DNA of 64,000 nucleotides from Balanoglossus misakiensis (lineage: Eukaryota > Animalia > Hemichordata). A program made the translations under genes and the position numbers. The stretch spans positions 6,743,519 to 6,807,518 of the forward strand of contig CM082578.2 of assembly GCA_040954595.2 (NCBI GenBank), given 5' to 3'. A model generated the notes under the pieces. That model searched no databases, was not told the DNA's origin, and saw only the letters and a program-made list of their open reading frames with translations. This document shows positions 34,406 through 48,200 of this stretch, one piece after another. Each line of letters begins with the position of its first letter. Within the stretch, counting starts at the first letter, position 1.

Positions 34406-37400
34406 CTATTTTAATTTTTAAAAGCACCAATCGAAGCTGTTTAACGCCGGATTTTTTTATAGATGATATGAACTACAATAGCCAGCGTTTGCGAGCTGAC
34501 ATCCCGTATACCAAGGGAAATGCACTGGGACAATTTCGACAACACCATGATTCTTACTTCTGCGTGTATTTCCGTTTGTTGCTCTAGTTCTCCCTTGACT
34601 TCTTTTGGTTCTTGGTCTTGTCTTATTGTACGGTTTTCTTCAAATCGTTTTATTTCCTCTACATAAAATTGTTGGATTTTAAAGCAATATTCACGCATTC
34701 AGGTACATTGTACTTACAATTAAAAAGTTGCATATCATCTTTCAGTATTTAAAGAAAACCTCGAAATCCCCTTATCGCCCATCTGCGACTCTCGTATTAT
34801 ACTTTTGTAGTAGCCGAAGTGGGCAATCATAGATTATACCCCAAAATTTTCTGAATTTAGTTTGATTTTTGTCACCGGAGAGAAATCAAAGAATAAAACT
34901 GTTAAGAAGTCCGAGGGCGCTCTTGCACAACCCTGCTGATGGTGAACCAACATTTCATCAGCGGAGGCTGTGAGACCAAGTCATTTCCAGGATATGGACT
35001 TTCACACAAAGGACATGAAACAAAAACAAAACAGAATTTTTGGCGAAAATCTGAAACAAACCAACCATCCCTTGCGCGCATCTGCTCAGACGGCCGGCTA
35101 TAACCAGGGTCAAAGTGTTCCAATCATTTCTCTCTCAGTTTCACTGAAAAAGAAAGAGAACACGGAGGCGAACTTTGACCTTTCCCAGGGATGCGACTGG
35201 GAAACGAGGAATCTCCGCTGATCAGAGCTAATGATAAATGCAACATTAGAACGATAATCTAAGGAGGCGAAATTGACAATATACCTTCCATTAAATCAAT
35301 TCTTCATGCTGGCTGAGCAGACAGTGACAGTGTCAAAGGAGATTCCACTCTCTGTCTGCTCGGTGCGCGTGCCGTCGTCATCTGTCGCGCGCTCTATCCC
35401 CCAACCAAAATGAGCCGTTAACGGGACAGAATTGGCGAACCACTTCGACGGCTCCCCGACAATCGTGTTCGTTCAACAGCGGAACTCGTAACGCCTAATA
35501 CACTCGCTATCTTTGCACGATTAGCCGAGATTACGCGGGGTTTACTGGCTAAATCTGAGGGCTCAAAATATTGTCATTCCGTGGGGAAAATATTTTTCTG
35601 CCGGCGCACGCCGATATTCCCAAGCGAGTTAACCATCCGTTTATCAGTCAAGCGATCATTAAGAAAAATCATCGGCCCCACAAGCTAGGACTTGGAACGC
35701 GCACAATTTCGCTATTGAGGGGGGTGGGGTGGAGGTAGTGAGAGGGGACGGCAGCAAAGGGGGGTTAGGTGTTCTCCAATGGTCCGCATGCTATTGATAT
35801 ATCGAAAATCTTTAAAAAGATGTGACTAAGCAAATCCGGCGTGAGAACAAATAGTCTTGTTTTTTTTAATCTACTTTCATAAAAAATGTCAGAGATGAGG
35901 TGGGACTGTGCCGGAAGGAAGTGTATATAAATGGACCGGTATGCACTTGAGTCTTGGTAAAATATTAAGTATCATTTTGCCAATACTCAATATCAATCGA
36001 GCCCTGGGGTGACTTTCGTGAGCACCTGTCATAAAGCTTATACAAGACACTCCAGCGGGGAAAATGTTGGCAATCCCCGTAACACACCCACTGATCCGGA
36101 TGCTTGGACGCATAGCTGGACCACACCGCGTTTTGGAATTGACAAGATCGAGCACTAAGAAACCTCGCTAAATTACTAAGTACATATTAGCGCTGGACAT
36201 TCCGGAGATGTACCGGCCAAATTCGAATCAACTAGCACACTGAAGATGAAAAATCAAAGCCGCCAAGCAATTGCACAAGACCGATGTTTAGGCCATTTGG
36301 GCGTTCAGAAACAAAAAAATTATGATCGCAATCTCATACACAATTACGCATACTTCAACCACAAAACTTGAAATTCGTTTCACAATTTAAGATCATCATC
36401 GTGATTACGACACTGTCGGACACGCAATAAACAGGTGCATGGATGTTTTCTCGAGGAAAGTTTAACAAATATGAACTACGAGATAAACAGTAACAATTCA
36501 GTTTCGTTGAAAAGTTTATTCGGATCCTGTTTCCTGCGCTGAGTTTGATTAACGGTTGCGAAATAAAAAAACACACACGAAATTCTAATGATAAAAATCT
36601 GGCAAGTGCCTGCTTTCTACGGGCCTCAGTTTTGACGTGTCTACTGATAAGGGTAAATTAACTGTGCAATATATTTCGCTGGTGGGACAGAACAGCAGTT
36701 CTTTTAAAATTAATTGATCAATGGGAAATGGCAAGTGAATGTGCAACGAGACAACGTAGTGTACAATTCGGTTTATTTAACTCATCCTATATTTTGTGGA
36801 GAAAAATCCCCCCTGACTTCTGCTACATAAGAATCCATGACAATCACGGCTTTGTCTGTCGACGGACTTGTACATGTACGAGTTGGTGCTGCAGAAGCCA
36901 CGGCTACAATAATGATCTCGGGTCCACTGGATTTCATCAATAAAAGCACAGTTCGGCACATCCGACCACTTCTGTCGCTAGGAGAACAGTCCTTGGTACA
37001 TGGTGAACGCACGAGGTATGGTTTTCACGACTCGGGACTGCATGTGGCTGCCAAAACAGCACGTCTAGCGGAACGTTTATCTGATCCACGTCGTGTTTTA
37101 AAGGATTCTACACATCTTCGAGGGGACGACTAATTTCCTTTTTCGAGTAATCTTCTCGCCGATTTAATATTTTTTTTTCTTCAAATGTACGTTTCCGAGC
37201 TAGGATCTTCGGTGTCCAAACATGATATATCTGAAATGAGAAACGTGGAAATATCACTGAAGATTATGTGATGATATAAACGCTAATGTAAAAATTCAGC
37301 CAGGCGAGCGCCATGGCAGAAAAACATCATGGCGGACGACCGATATATATTTTGTTAATTTTTACACAGTACGCAGTAATCTTTGAATTGTTTTTTTTTC

Positions 37401-38023
37401 ACAAAAAATCTTGTATCAGTTTGATAAGAAAATTTTCCTTTGTTTAGAATGTTGGAAATAAACGATACCCAAATTCTGAGACAATATTTTGCAATAATTT
37501 CTCCAGAGATAATTCCACCCTGTAAAGAAACTGTCTTATGATGGCATTCATTAAAATTGTTAGAGTAAATATAGACCTATTATGAATATTAGTGTCCAAA
37601 AGCTGAAATAATTCGAAAAAAATCTCAGTGTCTGTATATAAATGTACCATTGTATAAAACCCCGGTTTTAAGAGCATTCCTACATTAATAAGTTTCAATA
37701 TTTATTGCGACACTAGTAATGATTGTTCCGTCGATGATAGTTTTAAAAGTTGTTGATATCCTGTGACTTTGCATTATTTATGACGGATAACCATTTTGTG
37801 GCGTGCCGTAAACGAGAGACAGAAAAGAAAATGGCGGGATCGATTGTCGGTTGCACCCGCCCGAGTTCTCAATCGCCGCGAAATAGCTTCGCGGGGACAC
37901 TCGGTTCGGTCAGTCAGCAGTGACGCCGATAGAAGACACAGAAAAACGAACAAGACCAAAAGAAGGCGCAAACAGTGTTGCTTGGTGTACTAAACATCTC
38001 CCGGGCCATAGTAGTGTCGTATG

Positions 38024-38116
38024 ATGCCACACGCTGTACTTGGCAAAATTAGAACCACTGACGTCATGTCGGTTACAGTGTGAATTCTAACTATTGCCAA
38101 ATACAGTCAGCGGCAG
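38024..38116 (-). ncRNA. mir-182: pre-miR-182 hairpin; mature 5p at ~38101-38077
   Basis: Minus-strand 5p UUUGGCAAUAGUUAGAAUUCACACU (miR-182 seed UUGGCAA) pairs with 3p AGUGGUUCUAAUUUUGCCAAGUA; lower stem cugua/uacag and ugcc/ggca. Confidence 0.93.
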
Positions 38117-38652
38117 CCAAGTGGCAGACAGGCAAATTCGACTACCCGTAAGCTAAAATATGGCATTTGCGTGTCGTTAGATCCAAAAGAAAAATCGACG
38201 TTTGCGAATTCGGCGTCACGTCTAGGGAGAACATACGTGTAGATTCAAGAGCATAAGGCTTACTTATAAAACAGAAAAGCTTCAAAATCAGACCAGAGCC
38301 GTACACCAACATGTTCGATAATCAAGGGAAATAACTAAATCCTTTAAATAAGTTAACTGTTCCTGGATGTTGTGAACACGAAAAAATTGACCCAAAAATA
38401 GAAAGCAATACAAAATGATAATCATAATGGTGTTAAAAAATACTTGCGCGTAGAGTCCAAGTTTTGGCGCGACACATCCGAAAATCCGTTCACGTATCGC
38501 ATGAGACCGACAGTGGTACGCATGTATGGTGGGACGGTAAAGACGACGCAAGCGATATGCCTAACGACTTTAAAGTGATGGCGTACTGATTCGTCTAAAT
38601 TCTGACAACGCCAGAATAAGTAACGGGCTGAGTGGCCCGGATGAAGGATAAC

Positions 38653-38728
38653 CACGCCCTCCTTGCCACTAGCATACTTTCGCTGACTGAAATAACAGCA
38701 AAATGTGCTAGTGCCAAAGAGGAAGTGA
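38653..38728 (-). ncRNA. mir-96: pre-miR-96 hairpin; mature 5p at ~38718-38697
   Basis: Minus-strand 5p UUUGGCACUAGCACAUUUUGCU (canonical miR-96 sequence) pairs with 3p AGCGAAAGUAUGCUAGUGGCAAGGA; lower stem ccuc/gagg. Confidence 0.95.
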
Positions 38729-39071
38729 CCGTGAACTATTCTTGCATAAATCACCATAAATTACCATAATAATTGGATTTCAAGCTTACCCACGTGATGA
38801 AAATTACCGCAATGCTTAAAAGGGACCCCTTAACGAGTTGTTTTAATGACAAACACACAATTCAGAAGTTGCAATAAAGGTCAATTTAAACATCTCCTTA
38901 ATGCTAGAATAATTACTCAAAAGGAAGCAAGGCACAGTTCTGATTTGCAAGCACGGCTAAGGCTCGGTGCAGCGACAGAAGCATGATTAATGATGTACAC
39001 ACACACACATATACACACACACACAGCCAGGGAAATGATGCAAGCATGTTGCAGGGATGTAAAAGCTCTCA

Positions 39072-39148
39072 GCTTTGTACATGGCACCATCGACTCCACT
39101 GAACAAAGATATGGGCGACAGTGAATTCTATAGTGCCATATACAATGC
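39072..39148 (-). ncRNA. mir-183: pre-miR-183 hairpin; mature 5p at ~39140-39119
   Basis: Minus-strand 5p UAUGGCACUAUAGAAUUCACUG (miR-183/263 family, seed AUGGCAC) pairs with 3p AGUGGAGUCGAUGGUGCCAUGUA; lower stem uugua/uacaa. Confidence 0.94.
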
Positions 39149-42093
39149 AAAGCAAAGCAAAGCGAAACAAAACAAGAAAAACCCAGCCAAAACAAAATTC
39201 CAGCGTTCATGGCAGCATAAAACGACGGATAGAGCGAGGTGTGCGAAGCTTGCAGGTGGTTTACTTGCTCGGGTGCAGGTGTAACTGGTTGTCGGGACAC
39301 TGGGAGCACAGAGAACGCCGGGAGTACACGTACTAACGGAAATAAAGTGCAGCGGGGTCACAGGTCACTCAGTGGACAAAGAGGATCGACGAAGTCACAT
39401 TTAGTATTCGGGTGCAATAGAGGTGACTAATAAGTCGACATCACTTTGGCATTGACAGCCACACATACACTTCACACATAGGATGACGTGACAATGAAAC
39501 TAAATGAGGGACAGACGGCAGAGGTCAGGCAAGACTAGAACAAATTATTAGAACTCATTTAATACAACTCTCTCCCATTGCTTGTCGTCTCAACTGCAGT
39601 AAAAGCCGGTGATAGGAAATAAGGCCAAAGTCTTCCCCCACCCCCCAAAAAAACACACCTATTGACAACAATTCTAGATATTAAAGTACCTTTTCACAGA
39701 GGCACCGATCAGCACAAAGGATTTTCCCACCGATACTGTTTGCATATCGTGATTACTCAGGTATATTTCCTGACCATTCCAATCTGGACCTCAGCCGTAA
39801 TGGAATAGTCATATCACACGCTGTCATCTCGCTGAATTGACAAACACTGTTTTTTCCCCTCTCTTGGGTGCATCGTCTGAAATAAAAAAAACACAAGATA
39901 TTGAAGCTGATTTATTTTAAACCATCGTTATCGGTTTAAGTGACATCTGCATAAAAGGCCATTTCGCCATCATGGCTGTGGAGTGTATACCCTGGTCGCA
40001 CGGCGTAATACAATTAATCACAGCTCAGGTATAAATAAGGCGCCCAGAAGGAATTCTCGTTTTTATTGACCACTTTGAAATCACAACCGCTAACGTCACT
40101 TTATCGAACACATAAGCAATCACACCTATTTTTCGCACCTATTTAAAAACAACAAAAAAACAATTCAATTTTATTTTAATTTGCCAATCTTACTTCATGA
40201 TACACAATTTAGCCGCCTCGGTACTGTCCCACCTATAACGCCGACATAATTTTGTACTGCCTCCCAGTTGACATTTCCTACGTACGCGGATTGAGTAGAT
40301 ATGTCAAAGGTCATCATAACGCACCAACAGATAAAAGGAACCGATTAAAACCGGCGGCCTGTTATGCTACGCTTCTAAAACATATTTAAAAAATTAAACT
40401 AATAATCGAAATCTTGAAGCTCGTCCAAGAATGAACAGGAAGTAATAAAGAAAACGTCCCCTTTACAAATCTGACGAGATGAACTTTACAATGGTTTTAG
40501 GTTAACTGGTTTTATGTTGATAAACCACACAATTTTATGAACCTTTTGAGAAATTTTGAATATCTTCTTTTGATATTAATGGGTCTGATACAACCATACA
40601 ATATATAACAGAGGCGCTGTGGACCAGTTGCGGGGGTATCGAACTTGCTATTGGAGATAGTGATTTGTCAACCCCTATTCGTCCATTGGAATCACGTCAT
40701 TCAAAATAATTTATAATGAAATTTATTTCAATCCTTTAACCATTAATACTAAGAGGTTAGTGAAATCTAAAAGTAGAAAGAAAACAAATGATTAAATGCC
40801 AGATACGACCCGCACGAGTTAGTATTCCCGCGCTGAGAAACGATTTATTTTGTTTTAATTCAGGTCAATGCTAAAAATCAATAAAGACGTTAGGTTTTGC
40901 CTGTCGGTCAACAGCGAGGGCAATTTACTGCGTAATGTCGAGCGTCTGCCGTTTTTTTCAATTTCTTATTTCTTTTCCTTCGATAAGCCCCGAATGATAG
41001 CAATTAATCTTGTGGGGAGACAGTTTTGTTCTATATTTATTTCTCCGGTAATACCCACGGGGATTTTTGTCAAGGCCAGCAGACTGAATGATGCCACTCG
41101 GGATAATATTGTCAAGTCATAACCTCAAAAGTAAATTCTTGGAGTATCAATCTGAATTGTTTATCGTCTAGAAAGAACACTGCGTCATTTTTTTGTTTTA
41201 TCTTAAGACTGCCAAAGAATAACAACAAAAAAAAACAGACGCGAAAAAACATGATATGGATCACGTGAATTAAACCATATGTATAAACTGCTAAAGATAC
41301 CGTTTACACGCACATTTCAACTAAAAGTACTACGGTAGCGAAAAGGCAAATACATTGTATATCGCAAACGTTGCTCATACGTTACAATCGCGTCACCACG
41401 GTAGCATCTTCAGAGGTCTCAGTGCCCGATTTGTTCGATGTAACCATAGGTGGAAAAATATAAATATTCATATTTCCACGATTCCCGCCCCATGTCAAAT
41501 ATGAAGATTTTTATGACAGCGATACCCCGGTATACCCTGGATCAATCTGATCTGACAGTCCGTGGAGCTGTTGTAACACACACCACGCGATAATCACTCT
41601 TGAAATCAACAACAGCAAGTGAAAACCAAATTAAAAGATTATGGGGTACGTTTCGCAGCTATGATAGCGCTAATTGAAAGAATAAAAAGCAAGGATTACG
41701 CTTTGCTGTGGTGGGGGGGGGGGGTCGATGAACACAGTGTCACCATATATTTAAAAAAAGATACTTTTTTGTTTATTTCAAATTTCTCCGGCGTGCAGAA
41801 ATAATCAAATAAAAAAAAAGGTTAAAACACGAAGACTGTGTTGATGAAGACGGCAATGCGTGATTTACTTCCTTTTGAAATCAAACTGTGCGGAGAAAAC
41901 GTCACTAATGTTCACCTTTTCCCCCATTTCTTTCTGAGTCCATACATCTAAGTGCATCCCACATACGCAGTGCTCTAACGTGGCACTTTTCTTCAGACAG
42001 ACTCGGTGATTAATATCTCATCTTACTCTTAACAAGTCGTCTGATTTGATCTCCGCATGTCACTTTCAAGATGAATGCGGCTCCTGGGCTTTG

Positions 42094-42561
42094 GTCGCCA
42101 TGGCAGCAAAAACATGGCAGCATCCTCAGCTGGAGCAGTCGGTAATGCTGGCGCGGTGTAGATAAGAACAGGCGATGCGCGTCCAAGGACGGGGATGAAC
42201 AGCGCGCGCGCGTGTGCGTTCGCGTGCGGCTGGACTGGGTCAGTTTCAAATGGCACAAAGTACGCCCTCCACAGTTTTCAACACGGGGGCAGTTTCCAAG
42301 CGGATGCTGCATGTAAGCACCGACGGACAGAAAATATATGAACGAACGAAGGGGGACTCGGAAACAGCAACCGTAAAAATGCAGATTTTCGCTTCAAATA
42401 CATTTTCTAAAACTTTTATGCAGGTCGGCGCCATGACGCTTGGTCGACGAAACAGCTGGGCTCGTCAATTTCCCCTGCATTTCCACGATATGCTTCTTCT
42501 GAAGTGCAAGTGAACACGCATGGATGAACCAGCCGGTGGTTTTATACAATCCACCGGAAGT
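42094..42561 (-). promoter_or_regulatory. Candidate core promoter region for the pri-miR-183/96/182 transcript
   Basis: Minus-strand TATAAAA at 42546-42540 with Inr-like TCACTT ~35 nt downstream, ETS ACCGGAAGT at 42553-42561, X-box-like GTCGCCATGGCAGC at 42094-42107, in GC/CpG-rich surroundings; ~3.4 kb upstream of miR-183. Confidence 0.3.
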
Positions 42562-45197
42562 AGGACGGGAAAATACGGGTCTCTACACACACGACACGTG
42601 CACAAAAAACAACGTTCAAAAGCTATAACGCGTGTGCACCATTTGAATCTAGGAACGCGTTTCCAAGACAGAAATTTCGCGCTTTCGAGCCTATGCAACG
42701 AAAAAGTGGAAAGAAAACTGCATTTTTTGCTATTCTTGTTTAAATAATGGCAGGAAATGAGAACAATACATGGGATTTGACATTTTTATTAATGTCCTAG
42801 CTTTTTCCACCCTCCTGTCTCGCTTAAATGTTTAAAAATGGCAAATTCAGTAATCGATGAGTTTTTTTTCCTACTTTCCTGGTCTGAAGTGAAAAGTGTT
42901 CTTTTCGAACCAGGTGAAATGTGAACAATAGCTTCATCTTGTCGATTTCGTCATGCTGGGAAATTCTTGTTGATTTCATTAGTTCCATTTGGTGCAAGAA
43001 GAATGGGCTTCAGAAGCGGACCATACTTTTAATGTTATTAAACTTGCTCTTAATGACTAATTACATCTTTAACCATTGTTACGTATGTCGACATAATATC
43101 AACCTAATCGCGGGACCTCATTTTTCAAATTTGAAAAGTACCCTTTGACGTACGTTATGGATCGAGACGACGGCGAAGTGGCACATTTAGGAAAAGTATC
43201 GCCGAGACGGTTTGTCTATTCCGGAAGTCGATTGTGCAGACAAAAAAGGGCCCGGCCTATTGTTACTCTGACTTCTGTGAAATGTATGAATGGATGTGCG
43301 CGTCCGAAAAGCATTTTCGAGGTCGCTTATCAGGGCCAGAATTATTTCAACCAGCGTCACACGCCCAGTCGACGTGATCCTTATGTATTATTTGCGATAA
43401 TTTCATGTAGACGGTGTGTGTAGCAAAATCGCGTTTAGTTCTGCACTGTTACAGGACCAACAAGTAAAAAAAAACAAGGAAAAGCCCCAGAACAGATCGT
43501 GAGTGCGGTAAAAGCCGGTGGAAAAAAAATTCTTATCAGTTATAGTCACAGCGCAAAGAATACTAGAAGCTTAGCCTACCCCCACCTTGAAAAAAAATCA
43601 TTTTTCCAACAAGATGGCCGAAGAGAACTGGCAATCTTATGCCCATTTTTTTTCTTCGAAAAACAACCTGCCCGGTAAGAATTTAAATTAATGTTTCCAG
43701 CAATATGCCTAGACCTGGACAGTGCTTTTTTCACAGTGTGTACATTTGACGGTAGTGAAAACACGGCTTCTGTTACTGAATAATTAATAAGGTTTGGCTG
43801 CGGGAGCCGCCAGCCATGGCGATACACTCGATCGTGGGATGGCTACCGTTGCTCGCTTTGTTATCAACTGTTCCCAATTCATATATAGACTAAAGCGGTG
43901 CACGATATAAAAGTCTTTTGCCCAATGCACTTGACATCGTATCAAACCGAACAGTTGGGCTAAAATATCATTGAATGAATGTCGACTGCATCGAGCAGTT
44001 TCGATGGAGGTTTCCCCGTTCTGGTGGCGTTATAAACTCGATGGAAGCACATAGCCATTCTTAGAACGTTCTATGGATGGATGGTAAATTTGTGGGATAG
44101 AGCGTTTAGCCTGAAATTGGAAATCGTCATATTTGTTGCCGAAGGTTGGTAGTAAGGTGTAAAACACTTGAGGGAAATCGATAAACAAAGTAACACGTGT
44201 GATGTTATGAATTTATGTCGTGGTTTTACTCTGTGGGTTGATAGTGTCTTTTCTATTTGTCTGTGGTGTAAACACAATTTAAATTTGTCGCAATATCGGG
44301 TAGAAATGCTCAGACAAATACTCGCCCTGCATGTCCGGAGAATCGTTACGACTCGGAGTTTTTAAAGCACTAGCGAGTATGACGCGACCTTTGCGGAGTG
44401 CAAGATCTGTATCACTGTGTCCGCGACGCATTTCATGTCCAGGTTACTACACAATATTGAACGCCCAATTTGTCGATGTATGGTTATAACAGGATCAGTA
44501 CAATCTGTGGTCGTTAAGTAAACTTTTAACCATGAGCTCAGAAACAGAGATAGTCGATAGTAAAGCTGGTTCATGCATTATAATGGCTGCAAAACATGCG
44601 TTCGCGAAACCAAGGACAGTCATGCAGGCATTATAGGCAGACGACATTTAGCAAATCTGAAATATAACATGACAGACTAGAGCAACCGACCGACGGGCGC
44701 GACTGACACAAGGAGACCGGTTGACGGAGATACAGGTGCCCGGTGGCGTTACTCGGTGTAATTATAACCTTACCGTGCGACAGAATGATGATTACTTTAA
44801 GCTAGATACGGGGAGGAATCATCCGAAAATTCCGGCTTGCTAATCGCCACTTGATACATCCGATTTTGTGCAGGATATTGGGGAATCGGTCGAAATCATC
44901 TCGCACTAAAATAACACTTTCGACGATGTCATCAGCAAGCGTCGGCCTTTGTCAGAGTCAGAGAGGAGCCCACTTGACTTTGACCTCTTCTTTCAAAGCC
45001 AATGAACCGAAATTTAATTTGTCAAATTATGTAGTTTTGATATACTGCTAATTGAAATTCAGCTGGTGCCGCCGCCCGTAATTCCGACCACTGTACGTCC
45101 CGTGCATAAGCAATGGCCCGTATCCAAATTCTATTTAAAAGCTCGCGCAGCTAGTCTACGTCAGCCAGGTGTTGTGACTGATAAGTGGGTGTTTCGC

Positions 45198-45211
45198 GTT
45201 GCCATGGATAC
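45198..45211. promoter_or_regulatory. RFX X-box motif
   Basis: GTTGCCATGGATAC, a close match to the palindromic X-box GTTGCCATGGCAAC; CAGCTG E-box at 45216-45221. Confidence 0.45.
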
Positions 45212-48200
45212 AGACCAGCTGTTTCCAGGGAGATGCCTGAAAATTTCGACACGAGCCCTCCAAGCTGTATCTTTCTAGTGTGTATCGCGCCGTGGAATTT
45301 CGTCCGGTCGAAACACACTTTTGTCGCTTACCGAGCGAGAAGGCACTGGCGCGTCGTCGAGTGACATTTGCCTGGCAATTCGCCCGATTGAATAAATGGC
45401 GTCTCCTGACAGTAGAGTAAAAGGCCAGTGAGGCTATAAAAGCCGGATGAGATTCTCAAAAGCATCAATATCTAAACTCATCCGATGCATTTTTACAGTT
45501 CCATGTCAATAGTTTTGACATCGGATTCTCTCACCTTGCCGTCTACAATAAAGACGAAATGAATGCCGACGTGAAAATCTCTACTTCATTCTCATAATTC
45601 CCAGTGACATGGTTTTATTATTCATTGCCACGCGCGCGTTTGTTTGGGGGCTACTCCGCTGACTGTGGATGGACAACTCAGCACAAACGAATGCATCTCT
45701 CGTTCCATTCGGTCTGTGTCTGAGGCCCGCGTTTTATCTCCAGATAACGGCGAAATATTTTGTTCCCTGCGTGAACAAAATAAGTCTTATCCTTTCGAAG
45801 AAGGTCCGCCATTCCCGCGGAGTACAGTCGCTGCGTTGATTTTTTTTTCAAGGACCTTGGTGAGGGGACACACTTCGAATAAAAGTGCACAGGTGAACGC
45901 ACACAGATTTCGTTTCTCGCAGCGAAGAAATTTACGAGGGTGGCTCGTTGTAATGAGGCGGCCGGATAAGGGACGTGACCTGGGTTGTCAATAGTTTCGT
46001 GTTGAAGTATTTCCCCGTTCTTCAACCATAAAGACAGAGATCAAGACCCTTTACGTGCGAACACAGGTTGTCATGTTCCTATTGTTGTTATTTGTGTCTG
46101 TTTTTGGAGGGGTTTATTGCGGGCCTGTCGTGAACACTTTAAGAAGGGGAATAAACCAGTGTTGGGTGAACTCGGAAACACTCTATCACGTCACTACCCA
46201 GGACAACATCACAACGCATATGCGCAACACATAAACTTATTTTCTCGAGGGGAAACTTTCGAATCACACTTCTGAAATTGAAAACAAAGTCGATCCGCTG
46301 TGCGGCGCGAATCTGTTGCCAGAACAAAGGCGTGTCAATATGAAAACTATTGTTTAGCCCGACATTAATATCTTGCTTGAATCAAGTAATCTAATTGTTT
46401 GAAGTTCTTAAACCCGTCGGGGTTACTTTGAATACCTCAATTAAGTCCTCGATTTCATTGCTGTCGGCTGCAGTTTTCATGACAGCCAAACCAGGCAAGG
46501 TTTTGATGTAATATAAAGCTATTTTAAGCTTGCTGAGGTTTCATAGAATATTTCGCTTCTTCCATGGGAAGTTTTCAGGATCAGATATATACACGTACCA
46601 AGATGTCAAAGAAATGACAATGTACTGTAATTTTTCAACTGCTGAGAAATGTCATCTTTGCAACAGATAAATCATACCTGTTCAAAGTAAAAATTACGGT
46701 GGTCGTTTCCTTTTCTCTGAAATCGACCAAAACCTGAAGTGGTCTCAATCCGTGATGCAGCGACTTACCTATATAAAAGGGATTACAATGAAATATCGGC
46801 TTTATAACTACCTCCTAGCGGCGATACATTTGTCAGACACATAAAAGGCATACATACTCCGCGTTGCTGTACATCCGTCTGCGAAAATGCTCGTGTGAGC
46901 CGCGTATGCAGTATTGCTATACGCCGCGTGGCCGTCAATCAACCGACGCACGTTGACAAACTATGACATCGTGTTGTTGACTCATATCCGTTGTCAGACG
47001 TGTCTCCAAACCTTAACTACATTTTAAGTTTCGAATTTTCCATGTTGTCATATGCAGTTACATGACATGACGCGATGTGATGATGAAGAAGATGACGACG
47101 ACGACAACAACAACAACAACAACGTCCGAAGATTGACGGAAATTTAGCAAAGAAAATCAAGACAGTTGTGAAACAATACCTGTCGAATCGTCAAACTGAA
47201 TACTCTAACACAATTTAATTTTCAAATTTTCAAGTGTGCTTTATGGATGGGAAGTGTCATCCGCAGTGTACTAAATGCAATATCTGATGGTATACACTGA
47301 ATTTGACTTTTTTAAATGAAAAATACGACGTCATTTGTTAACATGTCATAGTAGTCTTCAACACGGTGACGTGAACAAAATGTGTTATTTATTGGGTTTA
47401 ATTCTGGTGCGTTGGTTGCTGAGAACACACTGACATCTGACAAGGACACTGATGTTTTAATCGTTTTATCTGAGTTGCGCCCCACAGGAATTTTTCCACC
47501 TGTTATTGCGAAGATTGATAATCGACTACCTCACTTAGTCACTGCAAATCTTAAACGCGGAATATAAATTATTAATCTCTCTAAATAAACCCAGGCCACA
47601 CTTCTTAAATCGGTTGCCGCCTATCTCCTTCTATACCCGACTGCCGCGGCGGCGCGCGCAACCACTCGGAGTCATGTGACTTCACCCCCCCCCCCCTCCG
47701 CCTGAAAAGCCAAAATCAATATTGTATCATTTGCATATCTCCTAGCAATCGGTGGGATATAAATCACTCCAGAAGTCGCATTTGAATCGAGGCTGGACGT
47801 CCCTTGAAAGTAAAGTACGGCGTGCACGGGGGAACGCCATGAGTGGTCAAACCTGACTTCCTCCCCTGGCGACAAATTTGTGACTCGCGTCTAGTCTGTC
47901 GCCGTCCACTTTTAAATTAATGCAATTCATGCATGCAAGGGCTGCCCTTGTTTTTGTGTATTTTTGTTGCGTTTGTTTTGTTTTGTTTTTTAAATTGAAA
48001 AAAGGGTTAGGCTGTGCTACAAGATTTCCGCCTTTCTTGTTTTAATACTGTACATCGTAAATAACGGTTTTGATTTCCTGAAATATTGGTCACGTAACGC
48101 ACGGACATGATTACCTTGAACTGTGTTATAATTTAAAAAAATAAACCAGGAGAAGCTCAACTGAGGGTTCACTGACAGCCTGTCCAGAACAACCACCCGC

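Noticed and set aside
35945-35990. Hairpin ttgagtcttggtaaaat...attttgccaatactcaa with a UUGGCAA-like arm 2 kb downstream of miR-182
   Set aside because: The stem is only ~17 bp with no lower stem, too short for a pre-miRNA, so it is not called a fourth cluster member.
38661-38718. Possible antisense 'mirror' miRNA from the miR-96 hairpin (plus strand CUUGCCACUAGCAUACUUUCGCU)
   Set aside because: Expected by-product of hairpin symmetry; G-U pairs become A-C mismatches on this strand and there is no evidence of plus-strand transcription.
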